Below are positions 17,386-27,297 of a DNA stretch of 64,000 nt, one piece after another. The notes beneath the pieces are model-generated. The model did not search any database and was not told the origin of the DNA. It saw nothing but the letters and a program-made list of their open reading frames with translations. The position numbers were made by a program, and so were the translations under genes. Location of the stretch: positions 1,760,001 through 1,824,000 of the forward strand of contig CAVUDW010000003.1 in assembly GCA_963740355.1 (NCBI GenBank), written 5' to 3'. This DNA comes from an uncultured Gemmatimonadaceae bacterium (GTDB taxonomy: Bacteria; Gemmatimonadota; Gemmatimonadetes; Gemmatimonadales; Gemmatimonadaceae). How positions within the stretch are numbered: position 1 is the stretch's first letter; each line of letters starts with the position of its first letter.

Positions 17386-19371
17386 TCAGCGCGTGCCTGA
17401 CGCGCGCGACTTCGTGCTGCCCACTGCGGCCAGCACGGCGTCCACGTCACGAGCCAGTTCCTGGGCGCGCTCGGCCAGTTGCGTCACATGCACCGTCGAG
17501 CCGGACGACGCACCGGTGCGCAACTTGACGAGGTCGAAGCGAATCGCGCGCAGCGCGGCACGTGCGCGTTCCAGGCGATCCGTCGAGCGCTTGCGACGCT
17601 GCGACTCCGCTTCCGCCTGGCGCCGTTCCCGACGCAGCTTTGCCAGCCGGCGCACGCGCTCCTCGCTCTTCGCTTCGAGCGGGTTGGCCTGCGACTCGAG
17701 CAGTGCGATCTCGGTGTCGAAGCGGGACAGATCCGGCAGCTGAACCGGGTTGCGATCGAGGTCGGCCAACTGCGCCGCCTCGGCACGCACGGCCTCCAGC
17801 AGTTCGTCCGCGTTGGCCACGATGCCGACGGCGATGTTCTTCTCGCTCTTCGGCAACGTATCGTACATGCGCTGGATCTCGGCGCGATCACTGATGCCAT
17901 CGCGCACGGCGTCGTACCACGTGCCGAAGCGCATCTGCTCCGCCGCCGGTGATCCTGCCTGCATGCCCGGCGGCAGCACGCCGCCGCCTTCCGACATCAT
18001 GCGGTCGGTCGCCGAGAAGAGCGAACCACCGCCACCAGACTGCCGGCGAAGGCGTGCCCGTTCACGCACGTTGTGACGCTTGTTCGGATCCCACAGCGCC
18101 GCGACGTCTTCGGCCTTCTCCGACATCACGTCGGCCAGCAGCACTTCGCGATTCTGCTTGAACACATCGCGCCAGTCGTATCCAGCCTGCCAGAGCTTCG
18201 CGTAGCCCATCGCGATACCGATCGACCAGAAAGCCGGCACCACCGTGAGGTCGACGACATTCACGACCTTCAGCACCAGTGCCACACCAGCGAAGGTCAG
18301 GAACGGTGCCAGACCCTTGCGGAACTTCACCACCTGCGGCGCATACCAGCGCGCGACTTCATCCGACGTCGCCGCGGCGTACGGCACCGGCGACGAGGAC
18401 GACTGGTTCGAGCCATTGGCGCCGTCATAGACCCAGGACGGCTGCTGCGCCTGCCCCATCAGCGGTGCTGGCTGACGCTGGGGCGGTTGATACCCTGATG
18501 AAATGCGACCATCGAGCGCAGCCGAGAGTTCGTCAGCCGTCGCGAAACGCGCCGAGGGCTCTTTCTCCAGCAGTCGCATGATGATGCCTGCCAGATCCGG
18601 CGGCGTATCGGGGCGACGCTCGACGATCGGGAGCGGCTTCTCCGACAACTGCTTCACGAGCAACGCTGGCGTGCTGTTCGCCTCGAACGGCAGGCGACCG
18701 GCGAGCATCTGATACCCAAGCGTGCCAAGCGCGTAGAGGTCGGCGCGGCCATCGATCTCGCGATCGCCGGCGCACTGCTCTGGACTCATGTACGCTGGCG
18801 TACCGATCGCGATACCCGTCGCGGTGAGACGCGTCTCGGCGCCATCCTGTACAGCCCGCGCGATACCGAAGTCGGTGACGATCGCACGACCGTCATCCTT
18901 GTCGATCAGGATGTTGTCGGGCTTGATGTCACGATGGATGAACTTGCGTGCGTGTGCGAAGGCGAGCGCGCCGGACACTTCGCGCATGATGCGACGCACC
19001 TCGGCCACTGGCAGCGGGCCGCGCGTCGCCATGCGCTTGCCGAGGTTGTCGCCATCGACGCACGCCATGATGAAGAACACCAGGCCATCCTTCTCATCAA
19101 CCGAGTAGATCGGCACGATGTTCGGATGCGACAGCTGCGCCGCCATCTCCGCTTCACGCAGGAAGCGCGACTTGATCTCGGTCCTGTACGCCAGCTCTGG
19201 CGGCAGGAGCTTCACCGCAACCGTGCGCTTGAGCCGTGTATCGCGAGCGCGATACACAATGCCCATGCCGCCGCGGCCGAGTTCTCCCTCTACCTCGTAT
19301 TGCGGGGCGAGAGCGCGCTCGACACGCGCCAACAGTTCAGTGTCGGCGGTGGCATCTACCGGATCAGGCAC
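17386..19371 (-). CDS. Membrane-anchored Hanks-type Ser/Thr protein kinase (paralog)
   Basis: LGRGGMG, VAVK, HRDIKPDN, DFG and GTPAYMSPEQ; start at GTG 19371 or ATG 19419. Confidence 0.92.
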   Translation of the reverse strand: MPDPVDATADTELLARVERALAPQYEVEGELGRGGMGIVYRARDTRLKRTVAVKLLPPELAYRTEIKSRFLREAEMAAQLSHPNIVPIYSVDEKDGLVFFIMACVDGDNLGKRMATRGPLPVAEVRRIMREVSGALAFAHARKFIHRDIKPDNILIDKDDGRAIVTDFGIARAVQDGAETRLTATGIAIGTPAYMSPEQCAGDREIDGRADLYALGTLGYQMLAGRLPFEANSTPALLVKQLSEKPLPIVERRPDTPPDLAGIIMRLLEKEPSARFATADELSAALDGRISSGYQPPQRQPAPLMGQAQQPSWVYDGANGSNQSSSSPVPYAAATSDEVARWYAPQVVKFRKGLAPFLTFAGVALVLKVVNVVDLTVVPAFWSIGIAMGYAKLWQAGYDWRDVFKQNREVLLADVMSEKAEDVAALWDPNKRHNVRERARLRRQSGGGGSLFSATDRMMSEGGGVLPPGMQAGSPAAEQMRFGTWYDAVRDGISDRAEIQRMYDTLPKSEKNIAVGIVANADELLEAVRAEAAQLADLDRNPVQLPDLSRFDTEIALLESQANPLEAKSEERVRRLAKLRRERRQAEAESQRRKRSTDRLERARAALRAIRFDLVKLRTGASSGSTVHVTQLAERAQELARDVDAVLAAVGSTKSRASGTR

Positions 19372-19760
19372 GTGGGGCCGGCGAAAAGGGACAGAATTAC
19401 GATCAGCGTAGGATAGCATCCCGGGACCACCCGTAGGAGGCGTACTCGGGCTCGGCAGACAAACTCGTCCGCGGGCCCGACGGGATTTCTGACAGGACGA
19501 CTGGCCCGCCAACCCGTCGAGGCTGACCAGTTGGCATCCCTTACGCCAGTCAGGCTGGAAAAGTTTGGACCGGGGTGCCGACTTGGCACCCGCAGCTGTG
19601 CCCAGCCCTTGCGACAGTGCCTGGCAGGTGACGCGACCGGCTTCATCGTGGACCGAGACCCTGGCAAGGGTCCCCGGTCTGGCAGAATTCCGCAGGTCGC
19701 GTCCGTATCGTATCTGGGACGGCGTTGCCACGTTCTCCCTGCACCACCTGAGGCCATCCC

Positions 19761-22331
19761 ATGGCTGAACGTCAGACCCTCCCAGTCCTGCCCCTTCGCG
19801 GACAGGTCATCTTCCCCGGCCTCACCGCCCCCATCGCCGCCGGTCGTCCCGGCACGCTGCGGGCCATCGAGACCGCCCTGAAGGGCGATCGCCTCGTCTT
19901 CGCCGTCGCCCAGCGCGACAACTCCGACGAGCCGTCGGGCGACGTGCTGTACACCACCGGCGTGATTGCCCGCATCGGCCAGATCCAGCGCGGACTGGGC
20001 GGCGTGCAGCTGCTGCTGCAGGGTGAGTTGCGCGCCACCGCTCTGCAGTTCGTCAAGACGGAGGGGTTCCTCTCCGCCGTGGTCGTGCCGACGGCCGACA
20101 TGGAACCGATCGACCCCAAGGACCCCGCCTTCGAGGCACTGCATCGCGAAACCCGCGAGCGCGCCACGGAGCTGGGCGAAAAGCGCGGCCTGCCGGAAGA
20201 GGCAGTCCATCAGGTGCTCGATAGTGTGACCGAGCCAGGCCGATTTGCCGACCTCGTGGCCGGCTACCTGGATGTCGATGTCCCGCAGAAGCAGGCCCTT
20301 CTCGAGACGCTCAGCGTCGAGGAGCGCATCCGTCGCGTGCTGGTGCACGTCCAGCGTCAGATCGGCATGCTCTCGGCGCAGGAAGACATCAAGAACCAGG
20401 TCCAGGAAGAGCTGGGCGACCGGCAGCGCGAGATGTTCCTGCGCGAGCAGCTGAAGGCGATCCAGAAGGAGCTGGGCGACGACGACTCGAGCAAGGAAGT
20501 CGAAGCGCTGCGCGAGAAGCTGGCCAAGCTCGAGCTGCCGACGGATGCGCAGAAGGAAGTGAATCGGGAACTGGCGCGCCTCGAGCGTGCCGGTCGCGAG
20601 AGCATGGAGGCACAGGTCATTCGTACCTACCTCGAGTCGATCGCGGAGCTGCCGTGGAATACGCGCAGCGACGACCAACTTGACTTGAACCATGCCGTCA
20701 GCGTGCTCGAGGACGACCACTACGGCCTCAAGGACGTGAAGGATCGCGTGCTCGAGTTCCTCGCGGTGCGTCAGTTGCGGGCGAAGCAGATGGAAGCCGA
20801 ACTGCACGAGACGGGTGAATTGCCGGTCTCGAAGCTGGTTGGCGATGACGAGGCGATTCCGGCGACGGACAAGCCGATCACCGATGGCAAGGAAGCGAAG
20901 TCGCGTGCCATGGCGCGTGGCCCGATCCTGTTGTTCAACGGCCCTCCTGGCGTTGGCAAGACGTCGATCGCCAAGTCCATCGCTCGTGCCTTGGGACGTG
21001 AGTATGTGCGCATCGCCCTCGGCGGTGTGCGCGACGAAGCGGACATCCGCGGTCACCGCCGCACCTATGTCGGCGCCATGCCCGGCCGCATCATCAATGG
21101 CATGAAGGCCGCCGGGACCAAGAACCCGGTGTTCCTGCTGGACGAAGTGGACAAGCTGGGCACCGGCTTTCAGGGTGATCCGGCCAGTGCATTGCTCGAG
21201 GTGCTCGATCCGGCGCAGAACAACAGCTTCACCGATCACTACCTGGGAGTGCCGTTCGACCTCAGCGAGGTGTTGTTCATCGCCACGTCGAATTTCATCC
21301 AGAACATCCCCGGGCCACTGCTGGATCGCATGGAAGTCGTGGAATTCAGCGGCTACACGGAGAAGGAGAAGGCCGGGATCGCGACGCAGTATCTCGTGCC
21401 GCGCCAGTTCGACGAGTCGGGGTTGAAAAGCGCGGGCATCACGCTCACGCCGGATGCCGTGATGACGGTCGTGAGCCAGTACACACGCGAGGCCGGTGTG
21501 CGTCAGCTCGAGCGCCAGATCGGCGCCGTGGCGCGCAAGGTCGCACGCAAGCTGGCGGCCGGTGGCGAGGATGCCGCGAAGGTGCCGAAGGTGCTCGACA
21601 GCGGTGATGTGCGCGACCTGCTTGGCCGCCCACGTGTGCACCCGGAGAAGATCAGCGAAACCGACGCCGTCGGTATCGCCAATGGCATGTACTACACGCC
21701 GATGGGCGGCGACATCATGTTCGTCGAGGCGTCTGTGCGTCGTCCTGGTACGCGCTCGGTCGCGCGTCCCGGTGTGGCCGAAGCAGCGGTCGAGACGATC
21801 ACCGACGGTCTCGGGGTCAGCGGGCCGGTGTCGCTGATCCTCACCGGGCAGTTGGGTGATGTGATGAAGGAAAGTGCGCGGGCTGCATTTACCTACGCCA
21901 CCAACAACGCGGCATCGCTGGGCATTCCCGCCAGCCGCCTCGGCGCGGTGGAAGCACACATCCACGTGCCGGCGGGTGCAATTCCGAAGGATGGTCCGAG
22001 CGCGGGTATCGCGATCGCGACGGCGTTGGTGAGTGAGATGAGTGGTCGCCCCGTGCGCCGCGACGTGAGCATGACCGGTGAGATCACGCTGCGTGGCCGC
22101 GTGCTGCCGATCGGCGGCATCAAGGAGAAGGTGCTTGGCGCGCATCGCGCTGGCATCAAGCACGTGATCATCCCGAAGGCGAACGAGGCGGATCTCGAGG
22201 ATGTACCGGAAGAGGTGCGCCAGACGCTCACCTTCTACCCGGTGCAAACGCTGGAGGAGGTGTTGAAGGTGGCGCTGGTGCCACAGAGCGATGTCGAGCG
22301 TGTGATCGAACGCGAACTGGCCTCGCTCTGA
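19761..22331 (+). CDS. lon: ATP-dependent protease La
   Basis: LPVLPLR N-domain, [22 protein letters not shown] and catalytic PKDGPSAG. Confidence 0.97.
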   Translation: MAERQTLPVLPLRGQVIFPGLTAPIAAGRPGTLRAIETALKGDRLVFAVAQRDNSDEPSGDVLYTTGVIARIGQIQRGLGGVQLLLQGELRATALQFVKTEGFLSAVVVPTADMEPIDPKDPAFEALHRETRERATELGEKRGLPEEAVHQVLDSVTEPGRFADLVAGYLDVDVPQKQALLETLSVEERIRRVLVHVQRQIGMLSAQEDIKNQVQEELGDRQREMFLREQLKAIQKELGDDDSSKEVEALREKLAKLELPTDAQKEVNRELARLERAGRESMEAQVIRTYLESIAELPWNTRSDDQLDLNHAVSVLEDDHYGLKDVKDRVLEFLAVRQLRAKQMEAELHETGELPVSKLVGDDEAIPATDKPITDGKEAKSRAMARGPILLFNGPPGVGKTSIAKSIARALGREYVRIALGGVRDEADIRGHRRTYVGAMPGRIINGMKAAGTKNPVFLLDEVDKLGTGFQGDPASALLEVLDPAQNNSFTDHYLGVPFDLSEVLFIATSNFIQNIPGPLLDRMEVVEFSGYTEKEKAGIATQYLVPRQFDESGLKSAGITLTPDAVMTVVSQYTREAGVRQLERQIGAVARKVARKLAAGGEDAAKVPKVLDSGDVRDLLGRPRVHPEKISETDAVGIANGMYYTPMGGDIMFVEASVRRPGTRSVARPGVAEAAVETITDGLGVSGPVSLILTGQLGDVMKESARAAFTYATNNAASLGIPASRLGAVEAHIHVPAGAIPKDGPSAGIAIATALVSEMSGRPVRRDVSMTGEITLRGRVLPIGGIKEKVLGAHRAGIKHVIIPKANEADLEDVPEEVRQTLTFYPVQTLEEVLKVALVPQSDVERVIERELASL

Positions 22332-22499
22332 GGACCGGCTGATACGTCAGATGGCGTAGCCCAGTGACGCGTCAGTGACGTGATGGCACGAACGCCCTGT
22401 CGGAGAGATCCGGCAGGGCGTTCGTGGCGTTTACGGCGGTCGGGAACTGGTCTGCCGCTCGGCGGATACACCCCGCGTTCCTCCTGACCCGAGCCCGCC

Positions 22500-23060
22500 A
22501 TGCGCCGTCGAATCCTGTTCGTTGCTGCGGTTGCAGTCGTTCCACTCTCCCTCGCACTCGCGAATCGCCTCCGGCCGCTACCGGCCACGGGTTCGGCGAC
22601 GCACGTGACGGCGTCACTGCCCGACCACGGCGCAATGCCTGAGCTCACCGGTGGGACGCAATGGATCAACGGTCCGGCGATCACGCGCGCATCACTGCGC
22701 GGACGGGTCACGATGATCGAGATCTGGACGTACGGCTGTTACAACTGCCTCAACGCGCTGCCGCACATCAAGGAGACCGCGAGCCGTTACAAAGCTGCCG
22801 GACTCGTCACGATTGGTGTCCATACGCCCGAGTTCGACCGTGAGAAAGTGCCCGCCAACGTGGAACGCCGCGTGAAGGAACTCGGCGTCGAGTTCCCGGT
22901 GGTGATGGACAACGACTTTGCAATCTGGCGTGCCTTCAACAATCGCTTCTGGCCATCCGTCTACATTGTGGACAAGCAGGGGCGAATCCGCTTCCATCAC
23001 GATGGTGAGGGGCGGTATGACGACATCGATGCGGCAGTGCGCATGCTGCTGGCGGAGTGA
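22500..23060 (+). CDS. Exported redoxin (DipZ C-terminal-like)
   Basis: Signal peptide; WTYGCYNC, GVHTPEF and WPSVYIVD motifs. Confidence 0.88.
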   Translation: MRRRILFVAAVAVVPLSLALANRLRPLPATGSATHVTASLPDHGAMPELTGGTQWINGPAITRASLRGRVTMIEIWTYGCYNCLNALPHIKETASRYKAAGLVTIGVHTPEFDREKVPANVERRVKELGVEFPVVMDNDFAIWRAFNNRFWPSVYIVDKQGRIRFHHDGEGRYDDIDAAVRMLLAE

Positions 23061-23066
23061 CGAGTG

Positions 23067-23882
23067 ATGAGTGAAGGGCCCGTAGACCTGCCAGTGCCAG
23101 CGCGACCGCTCGCTCCCACGCCCCCGTATGGCTTGCCGGAGCAGTTCACCGCGCAGTCACGAAAGGCGCGTAGCACACGGCATCACCCCATCGTGCGCGT
23201 CACGCACTGGGTCAGCGCGCTGGCGTTGTTCGTGATGGCAGGCTCAGGGCTTCGCATCTTCAATGCCAGCCCGCGCTTCGCGCCGAAGGGGCAGACCTTT
23301 GCCTGGTGGCCGTGGGAAGGCAAGGCGGTACCGGACGTGCTCACCTTCGGCGGATGGCTGGGTGGTGCGCGCCATTGGCACTTCGCGATGATGTGGCTGC
23401 TGGTCGCGAACGGCGCTGTCTATCTCGGCTACCTCTGGTTCAAGGGCGAGTGGCGTGAACTCACGCCGTTGCGCGGCAGCGTGCATGATGCCGTGGCGAT
23501 GGCCAGGTTCTACCTCGGGCTGCAGAAGCGGCACCCGCATCAAGGCAAGCACAACGCGCTGCAGAAGTACGCCTACAGCAGCATGATCGTGCTTGGCATC
23601 GTGTCGGTCGTCTCCGGCGTCGCCATCTGGAAGCCGGTATCACTCGGGTGGCTGGCGGCGGCAATGGGTGGCTATCATCTCGCCCGTTGGTGGCACTTCA
23701 CGGCGATGCTGGCGTTGGGCGTGCTGGTGGTGGTCCACGTCGTGATGGTGTTTGCGGTGGATCCATACGCACTCCGCGCGATGACGACCGGCGGCTACGA
23801 CGACGAACGATTCTCGCCTGAGGCTCGCAACGCGAGACCTTTCATCAATCTCGCGCCAGCGAAACCGGAGGAGCCCGCGTGA
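23067..23882 (+). CDS. Cytochrome b/b6-domain membrane subunit (PhsC/YdhU-like)
   Basis: RVTHW...SGLRIFNA, RHWHF, NALQK and RWWHF...VHV heme-ligand His residues in TM helices. Confidence 0.85.
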   Translation: MSEGPVDLPVPARPLAPTPPYGLPEQFTAQSRKARSTRHHPIVRVTHWVSALALFVMAGSGLRIFNASPRFAPKGQTFAWWPWEGKAVPDVLTFGGWLGGARHWHFAMMWLLVANGAVYLGYLWFKGEWRELTPLRGSVHDAVAMARFYLGLQKRHPHQGKHNALQKYAYSSMIVLGIVSVVSGVAIWKPVSLGWLAAAMGGYHLARWWHFTAMLALGVLVVVHVVMVFAVDPYALRAMTTGGYDDERFSPEARNARPFINLAPAKPEEPA

Positions 23883-24652
23883 CGCCACATCGCGAGATCA
23901 TGCGCAGGGCAGACGAAGTGGTGGAGCGTGCCCGCGACGCCGGACGCCTCGATCGGCGCGCGTTCCTTCGTCTCTCCACGCTCGGCATTGGCGCAACCGT
24001 GTTGGCGGCGTGTAACAGCGCGGGCCCGAAGTCGGCCGACAAGCTGTTGTCGTTCGCCACACGGCAGAACGAAAAATTCGAACGCTGGATCCTCGGCGCC
24101 AACACATCGGCGCGCACGGGCAGCGTCGCGCCGGCAGGTGCACGGTTCCCGTCCTACTGGATCAGCGATACAGTGCCGATCTGGGACGAAGCCGCACGTG
24201 GTGCATGGAGCCTCGAGGTCACGGGCGCCGTCAAATCGCCACGCACGTTCTCGTACGACGACCTGCGCCGCATGAAGCTCGAGACGCAGCGCGTGCCGCA
24301 CTATTGCGTCGAGGGCTGGACGGCGACGGCGGACTTCACGGGTGTTCCGATGCGCGCGTTGCTCGCCACCGTGCAACCGACCGCAGACGCGAAATTCGTG
24401 GATTTCGCCAGCTTCGACGATGGCTACCACGAAAGCTGGGACATCGAGAGCGTGCTGCACCCGCAGACGATGGTGGTACTGGCCAAGGATGGCAAACGTC
24501 TCTCACCCGGCTACGGTGCGCCCGCCCGCGTGCACGGCCCGATCAAGCTGGGGTACAAGAACACCAAGTACCTGACGAAGATCGTCGTCATGCCCGGCGC
24601 CAACGGCGGCTACTGGAGCGATCGCGGCTACGAGTGGTACGGCGGGACGTGA
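23879..24652 (+). CDS. Tat-exported sulfite-oxidase-family molybdopterin oxidoreductase (MsrP-like)
   Basis: DRRAFLR Tat motif plus LAAC lipobox; HYCVEGW, GAPAR, KLGYKNTK and GYWSDRGY motifs. Confidence 0.88.
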   Translation: MTPHREIMRRADEVVERARDAGRLDRRAFLRLSTLGIGATVLAACNSAGPKSADKLLSFATRQNEKFERWILGANTSARTGSVAPAGARFPSYWISDTVPIWDEAARGAWSLEVTGAVKSPRTFSYDDLRRMKLETQRVPHYCVEGWTATADFTGVPMRALLATVQPTADAKFVDFASFDDGYHESWDIESVLHPQTMVVLAKDGKRLSPGYGAPARVHGPIKLGYKNTKYLTKIVVMPGANGGYWSDRGYEWYGGT

Positions 24653-24656
24653 TGGC

Positions 24657-25154
24657 CTATCTCGGCAACGCCTGGTTGTACGTCCAGATCGCGCGCGAGA
24701 AGTGCTGATCGGCCTTGGCCATCTGCGCGGCCGAGAACAGACCACCCACCACGCCGAGGCTGACGCCGCCATAGATCGACGCGAGGCGGGTGGCATCCTT
24801 GTCGCTTTGGGCGGCAATCATCATCCAGGCGAAGGCGGCGCCGGTCGCGACGAGACCGATCACGCGGCCGCGCATCATCCGCGAATGGCCCAACTCTGCC
24901 TCGTTCAACGCGCTCGGTACGAGGCGGACGGCGTCGACGATACCGCGACCGGTGAAGCCGACTTTCCGCGCCGCCCCGTCCAGTCCAGTGCGCACACGCA
25001 GGCCGGAAAACCCGCCGTTCTCCAGGCGCAGCGCGCAGGTCGTGTAGGTGCAGGCCGAGAGTGTGGTCTGTGCGGCTGCGACCGTGGGGGCCTGGGCGTG
25101 CAACGACGTTGCGAGCGCCAACAGGCACACGGGCATGGCGAGGATGGGACGCAT
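24657..25154 (-). CDS. Hypothetical exported/membrane protein
   Basis: Signal peptide (LHAQ), two C-terminal hydrophobic segments, AIWTYN ending. Confidence 0.7.
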   Translation of the reverse strand: MRPILAMPVCLLALATSLHAQAPTVAAAQTTLSACTYTTCALRLENGGFSGLRVRTGLDGAARKVGFTGRGIVDAVRLVPSALNEAELGHSRMMRGRVIGLVATGAAFAWMMIAAQSDKDATRLASIYGGVSLGVVGGLFSAAQMAKADQHFSRAIWTYNQALPR

Positions 25155-25218
25155 GTGCGGAAGCGGTGAGGGAAAACGAAGGACCTGCTGTACCCAGACA
25201 CGGCAACGGGCCGAAGAC

Positions 25219-27231
25219 CTACCGCCCGATGCCGCCCAGCTCCATCAGCTTCCACACATCGAGCGGAATGGCTCCCGGCTCCGTGCCGGAGACGAACCAT
25301 TCGGTGTAGCGCTTCTCGGGGAGCGTGGTGGCCGTGGCGGGCAGGCCCGTGTCACGATCGAGGTCCACCGATAGCACGCCGGGCGGCGGGGTCCACGGCA
25401 TGGTCGCGCGATTGCCGGCGTAGTACGCGGCCACGGCGCGCCCGAAAATCGGCGCGGCGATGGTACCGCCGGCTGCCTGCCCACCGGAGATCGGCTTCGG
25501 TGTGTCGTACCCAACCCACACCGCGCCCACCAGCTCAGGGGTCATGCCGACGAACCAGACGTCAGTGCTGCCGTTGGTGGTGCCGGTCTTGCCTGCCACG
25601 GGAATCCGCGCTGGCACGTACTTCCGAACTGCGGTGGCCGTGCCTCGCTCGACCACATCGCGCATCATGTCGCGCAACACGAAAGCCGCGCGGTTGTCGA
25701 GCGCGTACTGCGGCGCTGGAATGCGTGGCGACCAGACCGTGCGACCGCCACGATCCTCGACCCGTTGCACGAAGCGCGGCTTCACCACCGCGCCACCGTT
25801 CGCAATCGCGCCATAGGCCGTCGCCATGTCGAGCGGCCGCACACTGGCGGTGCCGATCGCGCTCGACGGGTACGGTTGAATGGTGGCGTCGATCCCCATC
25901 CGGTGGGCCAGCGCGGCCACACTGTCGATGGTGACCTGCATGCCCAGCTGCACGGCCACTGGATTGCGCGACTGCACCAGTGCCTCGCGCATCGTCAGCG
26001 CGCCGAGGTACTTGCCGTCGGCATTGTCGGGCGAGTAGACCTGGCCATTCGGCTGCACGATGCGGAGCGCCGTGTCCTGCTCGATCGTGTTGGCGGGGAT
26101 TCCCTGGAGCAGCGCCGTGCCGTAGACGAAGGGCTTGAAGCTCGACCCGGGCTGACGTCGGCCATCGATCACACGATCGAACGATGAGGTGGCGAAATCC
26201 TTGCCACCGACCAATGCGAGCACTTCGCCGGTCAGCGGCGACAACATCACCATCGCGCCTTGCAGCGTACCGGTGGCGGGTCGTGGTGCCGGCGCGGCGC
26301 CTTTCTTTCGACGGCGGACGGGTGCGGCTTCGGTGCTGTTCACCATCTCGCGCAGTGCCCGGGCGCCGGCGCGCTGCAACACCGGATCGATGGTGGTGAA
26401 GACGCGGTAGCCGCCCTCGGAGACATTCACGCCACCCCGCTCCGCCTGTACACGGGCCACGTTCACCATGTAATTGAAGCTGGCGTCGATCGCGTCGTTG
26501 GTGACGACCAGCGGCGTCGCCTGCGCCGCCGTCTTCTGTGCCGCCGTGATGAAGTTCTGTTCCGCCATCAGCGACAGCACCAGGTCGCGGCGCTTCTTCA
26601 CGCGATCGGGGTGGCGGAGTGGATCGTAGACCGCCGGCCCATTCGGCACGCCGGCCAGTGCCGCGGCCTCGGCGAGCGTCAATCGTGCCGCTGGCTTGCC
26701 GAAGTAGTGTCGAGCGGCCGCGTCGATGCCGTACCAGCCATGGCCGAACGGCACCGTGTTCATGTAGGCCTCGAGGATCTGCGCCTTGTTGTAGCGGCGC
26801 TCCATTTCGCGGGCTGCGCTTTGCTCGCGCAGCTTGCGTCCGATCGAGGCGTCACGCCGATCGACGAGGTCGGGGTGCATGTTGCCGACCAACTGCTGCG
26901 TGATCGTGCTTGCGCCGCGGGCATGGCCCATCACGGCGTCCTTCACCGCGGCCGCGACGCCAACCAGGTCCACGCCATCGTGCTGGTAGAAGCGCTGGTC
27001 CTCGATCGCCACGAACGCCTGGCCGACGAACTTGGGCAGGGAGCTGATCGCGACGTTGGTCCGGACCTGCTTGCCGAACTCCCCGATCACCGAGCCATCC
27101 CGGGCCAGCACCACGGAGGACTGCGGCAGCAGGATGATGGAGGACGCGTCGTTGGCCTGGGCGCCGGCGGCACCCGATGCGGCGGCGCTGAAAATCAGGG
27201 CCAGCGCGAGGGTCGAGAGGGGACGATTCAC
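25219..27231 (-). CDS. Class A penicillin-binding protein (PBP1A family)
   Basis: GT51 motifs EDQRFYQHDG and GASTITQQ; transpeptidase SSFK, SRN and KTG; probable GTG start at 27231. Confidence 0.92.
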   Translation of the reverse strand: MNRPLSTLALALIFSAAASGAAGAQANDASSIILLPQSSVVLARDGSVIGEFGKQVRTNVAISSLPKFVGQAFVAIEDQRFYQHDGVDLVGVAAAVKDAVMGHARGASTITQQLVGNMHPDLVDRRDASIGRKLREQSAAREMERRYNKAQILEAYMNTVPFGHGWYGIDAAARHYFGKPAARLTLAEAAALAGVPNGPAVYDPLRHPDRVKKRRDLVLSLMAEQNFITAAQKTAAQATPLVVTNDAIDASFNYMVNVARVQAERGGVNVSEGGYRVFTTIDPVLQRAGARALREMVNSTEAAPVRRRKKGAAPAPRPATGTLQGAMVMLSPLTGEVLALVGGKDFATSSFDRVIDGRRQPGSSFKPFVYGTALLQGIPANTIEQDTALRIVQPNGQVYSPDNADGKYLGALTMREALVQSRNPVAVQLGMQVTIDSVAALAHRMGIDATIQPYPSSAIGTASVRPLDMATAYGAIANGGAVVKPRFVQRVEDRGGRTVWSPRIPAPQYALDNRAAFVLRDMMRDVVERGTATAVRKYVPARIPVAGKTGTTNGSTDVWFVGMTPELVGAVWVGYDTPKPISGGQAAGGTIAAPIFGRAVAAYYAGNRATMPWTPPPGVLSVDLDRDTGLPATATTLPEKRYTEWFVSGTEPGAIPLDVWKLMELGGIGR

Positions 27232-27297
27232 GGGGGCTAATCTATCGCTGACCAAGGGACCTCGTCGTTGACACGGAGAACTCCGTAGCTTTCCTGC

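Noticed and set aside
19356..22247. 963-aa ORF antisense to lon, and similar long antisense ORFs (1043..2548, 33308..35254, 9362..10666, 59820..61073)
   Set aside because: Shadow ORFs of GC-rich coding strands with no recognisable motifs
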